Shown: in pieces, positions 39,828-50,217 of the stretch
How positions within the stretch are numbered: position 1 is the stretch's first letter
How the letters are laid out: each line of letters begins with the position of its first letter
The notes under the pieces: generated by a model
Databases searched by the model: none
The model's input: the letters and a program-made list of their open reading frames with translations, nothing else
Told to the model about the DNA's origin: nothing
Made by a program: the position numbers and the translations under genes
Assembly (NCBI GenBank): GCA_963799485.1
Contig: CAWCXJ010000009.1
Location: 32,001 to 96,000 of the forward strand
DNA length: 64,000 nt
Origin: an uncultured Trueperaceae bacterium
GTDB lineage: Bacteria; Deinococcota; Deinococci; Deinococcales; Trueperaceae
Direction of reading: 5' to 3'

Positions 39828-41019
39828 GGGAATGCCCGAAACAGGTACAGCCGCCCTGCCTACCTCGTACACAAACGCCAGGGTCGCTATCGTTCACGAC
39901 TGGCTGACCGTTTACGCCGGGGCGGAAAAGGTTTTAGAAGAGCTGCTAAACATCTTGCCACAAGCCGACCTCTTTAGCCTGGTCGACTTTTTGCCGTCCG
40001 AGCAGCGCGACTTTATCCAGCACAAGCCTGTTACCACCACGTTTATTCAGCATTTACCGTTTGCCAAAACGAAGTACCGGCAATATCTGCCGCTGATGCC
40101 GCTCGCCATCGAGCAGCTGGACTTGTCGAGCTACGATCTGGTGCTTTCAAATACCCACGCCGTCGCCAAAGGCGTCCTGACCGGCCCCGACCAGTTACAC
40201 CTCAGCTATTGTCACTCACCGATGCGCTATGCCTGGGACTTGCAGGGGCAGTACCTCAAAGAGTCGGGCCTAGACCGAGGGGTCAAGGGCGCACTAGCGC
40301 GCTACCTGCTTCACCGTATCCGCTTGTGGGATTCCCGCACGCCCAACGGCGTCGACGATTTTGTCGCCAACTCCGAGTTTATTGCCCGGCGTATCTACAA
40401 GGTCTACCGCCGCCCTTCGACGATTATCTACCCGCCCGTCGATACGGACGGTTTCGAGCTGCGTACCGACAAAGAGGACTTTTACCTCACCGCCTCACGG
40501 ATGGTGCCGTACAAAAAGTTCGACCTGATCGCCCAAGCATTTTCTGAAATGCCGGGCAAAAGGCTCATCATCATCGGTACCGGCCCCGATTTCGAAAAGG
40601 TCAAAGCCAAAGCGGGGCCGAACGTCGAACTTTTGGGTTATCAACCGTTTTCGGTGCTTAAAGACTATATGCAGCGCGCCCGCGCGTTCGTCTTTGCCGC
40701 CGAGGAGGATTTCGGCATCGTACCTTTGGAGGCCCAAGCGTGCGGTACGCCGGTTGTCGCGTTCGGTAAAGGGGGGAGCCTCGAGACAGTTCGCGGTTTG
40801 GGCCACAGACCCGACCCGACCGGCGTTTTTTTCGGCGCGCAGACGACCGCCAGCCTCAAAGAAGCCGTCGCGCGTTTTGAAGGGCTGACGTTCGACCCTG
40901 CTACCGTCCGCGCTCACGCGGAAACCTTTTCGGTTCCGCGTTTTAGAGCCGAGTTCGGCCGGTTTATCGACGAGCGTTACAGCGCCTTTACGGGTTCTCT
41001 CGTCGGGAGTCGCCGCTGA
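39820..41019 (+). CDS. Glycosyltransferase family 4 (WbaZ-like)
   Basis: AIVHDWL..YAGAEKVL, YCHSPMRYAWD, EEDFGIVPLEAQACG. Confidence 0.9.
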   Translation: MLEGMPETGTAALPTSYTNARVAIVHDWLTVYAGAEKVLEELLNILPQADLFSLVDFLPSEQRDFIQHKPVTTTFIQHLPFAKTKYRQYLPLMPLAIEQLDLSSYDLVLSNTHAVAKGVLTGPDQLHLSYCHSPMRYAWDLQGQYLKESGLDRGVKGALARYLLHRIRLWDSRTPNGVDDFVANSEFIARRIYKVYRRPSTIIYPPVDTDGFELRTDKEDFYLTASRMVPYKKFDLIAQAFSEMPGKRLIIIGTGPDFEKVKAKAGPNVELLGYQPFSVLKDYMQRARAFVFAAEEDFGIVPLEAQACGTPVVAFGKGGSLETVRGLGHRPDPTGVFFGAQTTASLKEAVARFEGLTFDPATVRAHAETFSVPRFRAEFGRFIDERYSAFTGSLVGSRR

Positions 41020-41036
41020 ACAGCTTCGCGCCCTAC

Positions 41037-42890
41037 TTGCGCCGCGCCGCGCCGCTGGGCCTGCTCTGGCTCGCGGCGTCCGCGCCGCTGCTGCTTTATA
41101 TGGCCTTGTTTCGGGATTCGGTTCCGGCACTTTTGGGCTTTGTCGGACAGCTTTTGCTGGCGTGCCTCGTCGCCCTTTTGCCGCTAAAGCGCGTTACCCT
41201 GAGCTGGCTTCTCTTCGGCGTTTTGCTGCTGCTGCTCGGCGGCGGCGTTTTGGAACGTGAGCTTTCCCGGTACGACTGGCAAGTTTCGGATAAAGCGGGG
41301 TTGTGGAGCGCCTTAGGCCGGGGCGACGAGGTTTCGGGCTACGGGTTTCGCAGCTGGGACGCTTCGGGTGAAAGCGCGGCGACCCTCAAGCTAGACGTTC
41401 GGCTCGTTTCCGGAAAACCCGCCTGGGACTGGTTCCGTTCCGACTCGGAGTTCGTCCTTACACCTCAACCCGGCGCGGACTACCCGCACACCCGTGTGCA
41501 GGTGCCTGCGGCGCGCCCCAGCGGCGGGCCGCCTTACCTCATGCGTACCTTCGACCTCGGCGAACCGCTCGGCGGCTACATCTTCCGGGTACTGCTCGAC
41601 CTCAGGCGTGCAGGCGAGGAGCCGCAAGGGGACGACAGCGCGCCCGCTGAGATCACGCGCGGCACGCCCATCGGGGGCCGTCAGTGTAGCGGAGTGCTGC
41701 TGCAGACGTGGGGCTACCGGGGCGGTGGGCGCTGTTTGCCGATCACGCTTTCTGACACCTGGACGCGTTACAGCCTCTCGTGGCGCGTTCCGGAGGCGGT
41801 AGACGCGTCGGTCGTAAGGGTTTTGCTCAGCGGTTTTGCGGGCGAAACGTTCGAGGTGAGAAGGGTCAGGCTTTTTACCGCAAAAAAGGAACTGGGGCCG
41901 CTTTTGCCGCAAGGTGGCGCGCTCAACTTTACCTGGGGTGGACGCCCGGAGGCGCAGTCGGGCCGTTCGTTTATGCCGACCCGTGAGTGGCAGCGGCTCG
42001 AGTTTAGCACCGAGCGCAGTACCGGCAGCACGGTAACGGCGCACCTTACGAGCGCGCCCGGACTTACGCTCGAGACCCGCAACGTGAGCGTAAGCGCAGA
42101 CGGGCGGAGGTTGCCGGAAGCAGTCTCGAGCAACCGGCAGACCATCATCTTCGGCGATCCCAACCTGGCGGGTCACACCCTCGGGACGCTCGGTCTGGCG
42201 CTCGTCACGCTCTCGCCGCCCCTTTCGGGTGTGCTCGCCGCCGCGCTGACGCTCTTTGGACTCGTTTTGACCGGGAGCCGCGCCGCTCTTATCGGGGTCG
42301 TCGGGGGTCTTCTGGCGCTCTTTTGGTTGCGTTTGCCGAAGGGGAGACGGCGCTTTGGGCTGGCGGTGCTGGGGCTCGCCGTGTTCGGAGCTCTCGGCGT
42401 GGCGTGGCCCAAACTCTCAGCGCTGCGGCTTTTTAGTCTGGGTGAGGTCACGGCGCGAAGTGATATCTGGCGGGGCGCGTGGACGGCGTTTGCGGCGCAC
42501 CCCTGGCGCGGCCTCGGAGCGGGCGGGTTTCCCCCTTACTGGGCCGCAACGCACGGCGGCGAGGCGGTGCAGCACGCCCACAATGTGTGGCTCGAGTTCG
42601 CTGCCAGTTACGGCGTTTTGGGGCTTCTTTCGGTGACGGCGTTGACGCTCGGGGTGAGCGTGCTGGCGTGGCGCAGGGGGGGGGGCGGGGCGCTCGCGTT
42701 TGTCGGCGGCGTGTTGCTGATGAACGTTTTCGATACCACCCTTTTTTACGCGGGTGTTTTGTTCCCGCTTTTTCTTACCCTGGGCGCACAGCTTCCCGGG
42801 TTAGACCCTGCCGGCGCGCCTGTTCATAATCCCGTAAGACCGGACGAGCATAATATAAGGGTGGCAGCCAGGCAGGTACCCCCGGAATGA
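41037..42890 (+). CDS. O-antigen ligase-family protein with large extracytoplasmic beta-rich domain
   Basis: PNLAG, LTGSRAA, RSDIWRGAW...PWRGLG...HAHNVWLE motifs. Confidence 0.8.
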   Translation: MRRAAPLGLLWLAASAPLLLYMALFRDSVPALLGFVGQLLLACLVALLPLKRVTLSWLLFGVLLLLLGGGVLERELSRYDWQVSDKAGLWSALGRGDEVSGYGFRSWDASGESAATLKLDVRLVSGKPAWDWFRSDSEFVLTPQPGADYPHTRVQVPAARPSGGPPYLMRTFDLGEPLGGYIFRVLLDLRRAGEEPQGDDSAPAEITRGTPIGGRQCSGVLLQTWGYRGGGRCLPITLSDTWTRYSLSWRVPEAVDASVVRVLLSGFAGETFEVRRVRLFTAKKELGPLLPQGGALNFTWGGRPEAQSGRSFMPTREWQRLEFSTERSTGSTVTAHLTSAPGLTLETRNVSVSADGRRLPEAVSSNRQTIIFGDPNLAGHTLGTLGLALVTLSPPLSGVLAAALTLFGLVLTGSRAALIGVVGGLLALFWLRLPKGRRRFGLAVLGLAVFGALGVAWPKLSALRLFSLGEVTARSDIWRGAWTAFAAHPWRGLGAGGFPPYWAATHGGEAVQHAHNVWLEFAASYGVLGLLSVTALTLGVSVLAWRRGGGGALAFVGGVLLMNVFDTTLFYAGVLFPLFLTLGAQLPGLDPAGAPVHNPVRPDEHNIRVAARQVPPE

Positions 42891-45800
42891 CCCTCCCCAC
42901 CGCCGTGACCAGAGGCTTGACCTTTATACTCGGGCTTAGTTTTGCGTTTTTGCCTGCTTACGGCCCGTTTATCGGCCTGTTGACGCTGGTGCTGGGGCGC
43001 TGGGCGCTGCGCCGCTCCGACCTGCTCTGGTGGGGCGCGGCGCTCCTGCTGGCGCTGCCGCTCGGGGTTCACCAGGGGTTGCGCGGTTTCGTCTTCGGTA
43101 CCTTGCAAATCCTCGCACCGTGGCTGCTCTACCGGGCGTTCGCCAAACTGCACGCCTCACGGGTGAGGCTCGCGTCGTCGTGGATTGGTATCGGGCTCTT
43201 GACGGGCCTGGGCCTTATCGTCGCGTTGGGTCTTTACCGCGCTCTGGGCGGTTTTATCGACCCCCTGTTCTGGCGCGAACCGTTCTGGCGTGAACCCCTG
43301 CACGCGCAGCCGCAGGGCAGCCTGTTCGGTCATATGGTGCTGACCTTGGGAGCCCTGGTCGCGGTTTTACTCCCCCGCCTGCGCTGGCAACTCCTCAGCC
43401 TGACGCTCTCGGCGCTCGGCGTACTTATTTCAGGCAGCCGTGAGGCGGCGCTTGCCTGGATTGTCGTCGCGGCAGCCTTGACGGTCGTCGGGCAAGCAAG
43501 AACCCCGCACGCTCCCCGGGTGCCCCGCAGACGCCTTGTGACGGGTGCGTCTGTCGTTACGATTCTGATCGGGGTCGCGCTTTTGGGGCCGCTTTTCGGT
43601 TGGGGTAACGCGGGCTTTTTGATCGACGTGGCGCCGGCCCCTGCCGAAGACAAAAACCTTCTGCAAGGTACCGAGGTCGTCCCCGGCGATTGGTGGAACG
43701 CGGTCGGGGTTGCTGTTCAAGACCGTCAGCTGAGTTTTAGCGACGACTCTCTAACGGGGTACCTTATTCGTAAAACAAAACCCGAGGCTACCGCCCGTTT
43801 ACAGCAAGTCGTCTCCTTGACGCGCGGCGAACCCTACACGGTCAGTCTCTGGTTGTGGGCGGACAACCAGCGACTCGAGCCCGGTGTCCTAATTCGCGCA
43901 CAGACACCGAACGGCGGTGAAACTTTTTTTATGCAGGGTGCGCTGATTCCGGCGTCTGGCGTACCGAGCAGGGTACCGGGAAACGCTTCGACCGACTGGC
44001 AGGCGGTTGCGACAGGGCCGGGGCGGGTACTCGATGCGGGCATTTTAGCGACCAAGGGCCTCTGGAACCGTGTTTACGTGACGTTCGTTTACGAGGGTAA
44101 CGCGCCCGAACTAGGCGGTTGGCTCGGGTTTGCGCCCGACCAGCGCCCGCAAGCGGATTCAGAAGCGGCGTTCGCCGGGTTACAACTCGAGCAGGGTCTG
44201 ACCCCGACGCCCTACACGCCGGGGGCCGTCGCGCAGGGTCTCAGCTTGCAGCGTACCCGCATTACCCTCTGGCAGACCGCCTGGGCGGGTTTTATCGCCT
44301 CGCCGCTATGGGGTCAAGCAGACGACTTCGCCACCTTTTTTCAGGCACGCTGGCCCGACGGTGAAGCACCCTCGCACGCGCACTCGTTGCCGCTGCAAGT
44401 TTTGTTCGAGCGGGGGCTTTTCGGCTTTGCCGGGCTGCTCCTCTTTCTGGTGGCGCTCGGTTACGTCGCGGTGCAAAAGGGTGACGCGGCCTTCGTCGCC
44501 GTGCTGAGCGCCCTGCTAGCCGCCAACATGTTCGACGTGACGCTCTTCTCCGGACAGATTCTCTATCCACTGGCAGCCGTCGCGGGCTGGCGGGCCGCCG
44601 CCTACCGCGATACCCGCGCGGGCGAACGCGACAGCGCGATGCGGCAGCTCGGCGTCCGGGTCGCCTTGATGCTGACCGACTTCGTAATGGTGCTGCTGGC
44701 TTTTAACCTGGCGATTTTGCTGCGGCAGTGGGGGACAGGCTGGTTCGGTCTAAACCCGATCAACCCGCAATCTGCGCCCCTCGAGCTGACCCGTTACGCG
44801 CTGCTCCTCTGGCCCGCACTGGCCTGGCGCGAAGGGCTCTATCCCGGTTACGGCCTTACCGAACCTCAAGAACTCCGCAAGCAGATCGTCAGCGCTGCCT
44901 ACGCCGGATTTATCTTGATCGTCGGTACTGTACTTTTTAACCGTGAACTGACGATTCCCCGGTCGATCTTGCTCCTCACTATCTTTTTGAGCATGGTTTT
45001 TACCCCTATCGGTCGCGCCGTGATGAAACGGCTTTTACACCGGATGCACCTGTGGGGGCGCGCGGTCGTGATCTTGGGCGCAGGGCAGGCGGGGGCGCGG
45101 GTGGCGCGGGCGCTAAGCAAAAGCCCCCTGGACGGCCTCCACCCGGTCGCTTTTTTCGATGATGACTCCGAAAAACAGGGCCGGGTGCTAGAAGGTTTGA
45201 GAGTACGCGGCAAACTCGCCGACGCCGACCTTTACGCTATGCGGCGCGGTGTGCAGCACGCCATCGTGGCAATCCCGACCGCGACGCCGCAACTTTTGGG
45301 TGGCCTTATCAACACGCGGGGCCGCATCTTCCGGCGCGTGCAGTTTATCCCCGATCTGGTCAACCTGCCCTCGCAAGGCGTTTTTGCCAGCGACTTGGAC
45401 GGGATGCTCGCGCTCGAGGTCAGGCTTGGTCTCTACTCACGCGTCAACCAAAACGTCAAACGGGCGGTCGATTTGCTCGGCGGCGTAGTCGGTGGCCTCT
45501 TGATCTCACCGGTTTTGCTCGCGCTCGCCCTCTGGGTGCGCTTCGACAGCCCCGGTTCGTCGTTCTACTGGAGCACCCGCATCGGGCAAAAAGGCAAGCC
45601 GTTTAAGTGCCTCAAGTTTCGCAGCATGTACATTGACGCCGACGAACGTTTGCAAAAGATGATGCGCGACGACCCGGCGGTGCGGCTCGAGTACGAACGC
45701 TTTCACAAGCTCGCGAACGACCCCCGCATCACCCGCGCAGGCGCGTTTATCCGCAACTACAGTCTTGACGAACTCACACAGCTTTTCAACGTCGTCAAAG

Positions 45801-46054
45801 GCGAGATGAGTCTCGTCGGGCCGCGCCCGTATCTGGTACAAGAACTCCCCGACATGCGCGGCCTTCAAGACGTGATTTTAGAAGCCAAACCGGGGATGAC
45901 CGGGTTTTGGCAGGTCACGGGCCGCAGCGACGTGACTTTTAGTGAACGGCTCGAGATGGAATCGCAGTATGTTCGCAACTGGTCTTTATGGTGGGACATC
46001 GTTTTGCTGGTTAAAACCGTTACCGTTGTTTTGGCGCGGCGCGGCGCGCGTTAA
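42887..46054 (+). CDS. wbaP: Fusion: O-antigen ligase-family domain + CBM-like insert + undecaprenyl-phosphate sugar phosphotransferase WbaP
   Basis: N-terminal SGSREA, RITLWQTAW...HAHS; C-terminal LGAGQAG Rossmann-like domain, KRAVDL, LKFRSM, DPRITRAG, SLDELTQLFNVVKGEMSLVGPRP; a single 1055-aa ORF. Confidence 0.88.
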   Translation: MTLPTAVTRGLTFILGLSFAFLPAYGPFIGLLTLVLGRWALRRSDLLWWGAALLLALPLGVHQGLRGFVFGTLQILAPWLLYRAFAKLHASRVRLASSWIGIGLLTGLGLIVALGLYRALGGFIDPLFWREPFWREPLHAQPQGSLFGHMVLTLGALVAVLLPRLRWQLLSLTLSALGVLISGSREAALAWIVVAAALTVVGQARTPHAPRVPRRRLVTGASVVTILIGVALLGPLFGWGNAGFLIDVAPAPAEDKNLLQGTEVVPGDWWNAVGVAVQDRQLSFSDDSLTGYLIRKTKPEATARLQQVVSLTRGEPYTVSLWLWADNQRLEPGVLIRAQTPNGGETFFMQGALIPASGVPSRVPGNASTDWQAVATGPGRVLDAGILATKGLWNRVYVTFVYEGNAPELGGWLGFAPDQRPQADSEAAFAGLQLEQGLTPTPYTPGAVAQGLSLQRTRITLWQTAWAGFIASPLWGQADDFATFFQARWPDGEAPSHAHSLPLQVLFERGLFGFAGLLLFLVALGYVAVQKGDAAFVAVLSALLAANMFDVTLFSGQILYPLAAVAGWRAAAYRDTRAGERDSAMRQLGVRVALMLTDFVMVLLAFNLAILLRQWGTGWFGLNPINPQSAPLELTRYALLLWPALAWREGLYPGYGLTEPQELRKQIVSAAYAGFILIVGTVLFNRELTIPRSILLLTIFLSMVFTPIGRAVMKRLLHRMHLWGRAVVILGAGQAGARVARALSKSPLDGLHPVAFFDDDSEKQGRVLEGLRVRGKLADADLYAMRRGVQHAIVAIPTATPQLLGGLINTRGRIFRRVQFIPDLVNLPSQGVFASDLDGMLALEVRLGLYSRVNQNVKRAVDLLGGVVGGLLISPVLLALALWVRFDSPGSSFYWSTRIGQKGKPFKCLKFRSMYIDADERLQKMMRDDPAVRLEYERFHKLANDPRITRAGAFIRNYSLDELTQLFNVVKGEMSLVGPRPYLVQELPDMRGLQDVILEAKPGMTGFWQVTGRSDVTFSERLEMESQYVRNWSLWWDIVLLVKTVTVVLARRGAR

Positions 46055-46082
46055 GTACGACCTCGGATGATAAGGTGAACCT

Positions 46083-46976
46083 ATGAAAGGCATTATCCTG
46101 GCAGGGGGCTCAGGGACGCGCCTCTACCCCGCGACGCGGGGCGTCAGCAAACAGCTCATCCCGATCTTCGACAAACCGATGGTGTACTACCCGATTTCGG
46201 TTTTGCTGCTCGCCGACATCCGCGAGATTTTGGTGATCACCACGCCTTTCGACTTGCCGAGTTTTCAGCGACTTCTGGGCGACGGCTCACAGTGGGGTGT
46301 GACGTTTTCCTACGCTGAACAAGCCGAACCCAGGGGGCTGGCGCAGGCGCTTACCCTCGGGCGTGAATTCGTCGGTGATGAGGCCGTTTGTCTCGTTTTA
46401 GGCGACAATATCTTTTTCGGACAGAGCTTTTCACAGCAGCTTCAGCGGGCTGCCGGGCGGGTCGAGACGGCGGGCGGCGCGACGGTGTTTGGTTATTACG
46501 TGCGTGACCCGGAGCGCTACGGCGTCGTCGAGTTAGACCCTCACGGGCAAGCGGTCAGCTTGGAGGAAAAACCCAGCCAACCCAAATCCAATTACGCGCT
46601 GACCGGGCTTTACTTTTACGACAACCGGGCGCTAGCTATCGCTGCCGGGCTTTCCCCCTCGTCACGCGGTGAGTTGGAAATCACCGACGTCAATAACGTC
46701 TACCTAAAGCGCGGTGAACTGCGCGTCGAGCTTTTAGGGCGCGGCATGGCGTGGCTCGATACCGGTACACACGAATCGCTTTTGCAGGCTTGCAATTTCG
46801 TCGAAACCATCGAAGCGCGGCAGGGGCTCAAAGTCGCGTGTTTAGAAGAGATTGCCTATCGTAAAGGCTGGATTAGCGCCGACGAGGTTGCAGAACTTGC
46901 CGAGCCGATGGCAAAAACGGGCTACGGGCAGTATTTGCTCGAGCTTGTCCAGCGTCGTCCGGGTGAGCGCCCGTGA
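46083..46976 (+). CDS. rfbA: Glucose-1-phosphate thymidylyltransferase
   Basis: [32 protein letters not shown]. Confidence 0.95.
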   Translation: MKGIILAGGSGTRLYPATRGVSKQLIPIFDKPMVYYPISVLLLADIREILVITTPFDLPSFQRLLGDGSQWGVTFSYAEQAEPRGLAQALTLGREFVGDEAVCLVLGDNIFFGQSFSQQLQRAAGRVETAGGATVFGYYVRDPERYGVVELDPHGQAVSLEEKPSQPKSNYALTGLYFYDNRALAIAAGLSPSSRGELEITDVNNVYLKRGELRVELLGRGMAWLDTGTHESLLQACNFVETIEARQGLKVACLEEIAYRKGWISADEVAELAEPMAKTGYGQYLLELVQRRPGERP

Positions 46977-47698
46977 TTTTGCTAACCGGCGGTAGCGGAC
47001 GCTTGGGTACGGAGTTGCAAGGCCTGCTCCCGGACGTTGTTGCGCCGCCGAGCGACGAACTCGATTTGACCCAACCCGAAAGTATCGCAGCGACGCTGGA
47101 AAAATATCGCCCGCGCACTGTTGTTCACGCCGCCGCCTATACCGACGTAAAAGGAGCCGAAACCGACCGGGTACGCTGCTGGGCCGTGAATGTCGGCGGT
47201 ACGCGCAATCTGGTCAAGGCGTTGGGGGCTACGCCGCTCATCCATATCTCGACCGATTACGTTTTTTACGGCGATACCGGTGGTTACACCGAAGACGACC
47301 CTGTAGGCCCGGTTAGAAACTACTACGCTCTGTCCAAACTCGTTGCCGAAGAGGTCGCGCGGGTTGCGCCGCGTCACCTCGTCATCCGCACGAGTTTCCG
47401 GCCCCGCGAATGGCCCTACAAGGCGGCGTTTGAAGACGTGTATACGAGTCAGGATTACGTAGACGTGATTGCGCCTGAGGTCGCTCTAGCCGTTCGCCAC
47501 CTGGACGCGGTTCCCTTCGATACGCTGCACATCGCCACCGAGCGCAAGAGCGTGTATGAACTGGCGCGTAGGCGGAAGGGCTCGGTCGAACCGGGTTCAA
47601 AAACCGCTGCAGGTGTCGATTTACCCGATGATATCAGCCTTGATACGCAGCGGTGGCGCGACATCCGGCTGCAACTCGCCGCAAAGGACTCCTTATGA
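46973..47698 (+). CDS. rfbD: dTDP-4-dehydrorhamnose reductase (short form)
   Basis: [28 protein letters not shown]. Confidence 0.88.
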   Translation: MILLTGGSGRLGTELQGLLPDVVAPPSDELDLTQPESIAATLEKYRPRTVVHAAAYTDVKGAETDRVRCWAVNVGGTRNLVKALGATPLIHISTDYVFYGDTGGYTEDDPVGPVRNYYALSKLVAEEVARVAPRHLVIRTSFRPREWPYKAAFEDVYTSQDYVDVIAPEVALAVRHLDAVPFDTLHIATERKSVYELARRRKGSVEPGSKTAAGVDLPDDISLDTQRWRDIRLQLAAKDSL

Positions 47699-47714
47699 CC
47701 CACAGGACTTTTTT

Positions 47715-48251
47715 ATGACTAAGTTGTCAGACGCCGCTACGCGCGCGCTCACCTTTCAAGACTATCCGCCCGCTCCTGCGGTAGAGGGGATATGGCTTCA
47801 CAAACTCCAAAAGCGGCGCAGCGACAACGGCTTTTTTATGGAATACGCCCGCGTCACCGGGGGCAGCGCCGAAAACCTGCCTGCTGCTTTCGACCTGCGG
47901 CAGCTGAGCGTGTCACGGGCTGAGCCGGGCCGTATCAACGCCTTTCACATCCACCCGAACGAACCGCAAAACGAACTCTGGACAGTGATAGACGGGCAGC
48001 TTAAAGTCTGGCTCATCGACCTCCGCGCCGGTTCCCAAACCGAGGGCAACCGGCGCGCGGTAGTGCTTTCCGGCGAGGAGCCCGCGCAGCTCTACATCCC
48101 GGCGGGCGTCGCGCACGGCTATCGGGCGGGGCCGAACGGGGCGCTGCTACTTTACGCGATGACTCAGCAGTTCAATCTGGAAAATCCCAACGAAGGGCGT
48201 TTGCCGTGGGACTTTTTCGGTGCGGACTTGTGGGCGGAGGACAAGGGATGA
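47715..48251 (+). CDS. rfbC: dTDP-4-dehydrorhamnose 3,5-epimerase family protein
   Basis: AFHIH, LIDLR, LYIPAGVAHGY cupin motifs within the rml cluster. Confidence 0.85.
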   Translation: MTKLSDAATRALTFQDYPPAPAVEGIWLHKLQKRRSDNGFFMEYARVTGGSAENLPAAFDLRQLSVSRAEPGRINAFHIHPNEPQNELWTVIDGQLKVWLIDLRAGSQTEGNRRAVVLSGEEPAQLYIPAGVAHGYRAGPNGALLLYAMTQQFNLENPNEGRLPWDFFGADLWAEDKG

Positions 48252-49255
48252 ACAAACTTTTAGTGACCGGTGGGCTTGGTTTTATCGGCTCGAGCTACAT
48301 CCGCCTGCTTTTGACCGAACATGCAGACCTCAGCGTTGTCAACCTAGACCTGATGACCTATGCGGCCAACCCCGCAACCCTAAAAGACTTTGAAAACGAT
48401 CCGCGCTACAGCTTCGTGAGGGGTGATATTGCCGACCCCGACGCGGTAGCCCAGGCACTCATGGGTTGTGACGCCGTGGTCAACTTCGCTGCTGAAACAC
48501 ACGTCGACCGTTCGATTCAAAACGCCGCGCCGTTTATCCGCTCGAACGTCGAAGGCGTAAGAGTGCTTTTGGAAGCAGCCCGCGAACATAACATCCGTCT
48601 GCTTCACGTCTCCACCGATGAAGTTTACGGCGAAGTGCAGACGGGTTTTAGCCGTGAAGACGACGCCTTTCGCCCGCGCAGTCCCTACAGCGCTTCAAAG
48701 GCGGGCGGCGACCTGCTCGTGCAGGCGTACAACACGACTTACGGCGTGGACACGGTGATTACGCGCGGCAGCAACAACTACGGCACGCACCAGTTTCCCG
48801 AGAAAATCATCCCGCTCTTTATCACCAACGCGCTCGACGACCTGCCGCTCCCTGTTTACGGGTCGGGTCGGGCTATCCGCGACTATATTTTCGTCACCGA
48901 CCACGCGCGCGGTATTCACGCGGCGCTCCTTAACGGCAAAAGCGGTGAGGCGTACAACTTGGGCGGGCAAAACCAGACGGACGGGCTTACCGTCGCCCGA
49001 GTCGTCCTCAGCGCGCTCGGCAAACCCGAAACACTGATAACCCACGTTAGAGACCGCCCCGGACACGATTACCGCTACGCCCTCGAGATTGCCAAAGCGC
49101 AACGTGAGCTGGGCTGGAGTCCGAAAGTTACCTTTGCAGAGGGTATTGCCAAGGCCATAAGCTGGTACGAAGCGAACCGCGCCTGGTGGCAGCGCAGCAA
49201 GGCGGAGCAGGCGGCGTACTTTACGGCGCAGTATGTGGGGCGGGGTAAGGGTTAA
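48248..49255 (+). CDS. rfbB: dTDP-glucose 4,6-dehydratase
   Basis: TGGLGFIG, FAAETHVDRSI, STDEVYG, PYSASK, DRPGHD. Confidence 0.95.
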   Translation: MNKLLVTGGLGFIGSSYIRLLLTEHADLSVVNLDLMTYAANPATLKDFENDPRYSFVRGDIADPDAVAQALMGCDAVVNFAAETHVDRSIQNAAPFIRSNVEGVRVLLEAAREHNIRLLHVSTDEVYGEVQTGFSREDDAFRPRSPYSASKAGGDLLVQAYNTTYGVDTVITRGSNNYGTHQFPEKIIPLFITNALDDLPLPVYGSGRAIRDYIFVTDHARGIHAALLNGKSGEAYNLGGQNQTDGLTVARVVLSALGKPETLITHVRDRPGHDYRYALEIAKAQRELGWSPKVTFAEGIAKAISWYEANRAWWQRSKAEQAAYFTAQYVGRGKG

Positions 49256-49297
49256 ATGACGGCTGGACGGTGAGCGTTACGTGGTAGAGATTAGCTT

Positions 49298-50179
49298 ATG
49301 AAGTCGGTACCGGGCCAAGCAACGACGCAAAAAGACAAACGCAGTAGACTGGAACGTGTGACGCCGCCTGTTTCTTCCGTTCAGCGTGTTATGGGCGTCT
49401 GGCACAAGCTGACCGGACCACTTTACTGGCTTTATGAAGGAAGGCTCGAGCGCAGCGTTCGGCGCGGCCCCTTACCCAAACACATCGGTCTGATTATGGA
49501 CGGCAACCGCCGTTTTGCCAAAAGTATCGGTTTGGATATCGCAACCGGGCACGACTACGGCGCGGGCAAGGCGCGGGAAGTGCTCGAGTGGTGCTTCGAC
49601 CTAGGAATTCGTCATGTGACCCTTTGGGGATTTAGCAGCGACAACCGGGGCCGCGCCGTAACCGAGGTGTCGCACCTGCACAGCCTGTTCGCGCGGCAGG
49701 CCCGGATGATGGTCGAAGACCCGAAAATCCATAAAAACCGGGTGCGGGTGCGGGTTATCGGCGACACCTCCGACTTTCCGGGCGATGTGAAAGCAGCTTT
49801 GCAAGAAGTCGAGGTAGCAACGGCACACTACAACGAGCGGCAGCTTAACGTCGCAATTGGTTACGGCGGGCGTGAGGAGATCGTCGTAGCGGTGCAAAAC
49901 CTCTTGCGTGAACAAGCCCTCGGGGTTAAAAGCATCGCCGAACTCGCGCAAAAGATTACTGCCGACGAAATCGAGCGGCACCTCTACACTGCAGGTTCGC
50001 CCGACCCGGACTTTATCGTCCGCACCTCCGGCGAAGTTCGTTTGTCGGGTTTTTTGCTGTGGCAAGCCGCGTACAGCGAGTACTATTTTTGTGACGCCTT
50101 CTGGCCGAGTTTCCGGCGTGTCGATTTTTTGCGGGCCTTGAGGAGTTTTCAGGCGCGTGAACGGCGTTTCGGCCGCTAA
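49298..50179 (+). CDS. uppS: Polyprenyl (undecaprenyl) diphosphate synthase
   Basis: HIGLIMDGNRR, FSSDN, RTSGEVRLSGFLLWQ. Confidence 0.9.
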   Translation: MKSVPGQATTQKDKRSRLERVTPPVSSVQRVMGVWHKLTGPLYWLYEGRLERSVRRGPLPKHIGLIMDGNRRFAKSIGLDIATGHDYGAGKAREVLEWCFDLGIRHVTLWGFSSDNRGRAVTEVSHLHSLFARQARMMVEDPKIHKNRVRVRVIGDTSDFPGDVKAALQEVEVATAHYNERQLNVAIGYGGREEIVVAVQNLLREQALGVKSIAELAQKITADEIERHLYTAGSPDPDFIVRTSGEVRLSGFLLWQAAYSEYYFCDAFWPSFRRVDFLRALRSFQARERRFGR

Positions 50180-50217
50180 CATCTGCAAAAGTTAAACGCC
50201 AATTAAAGGGGTATCAG

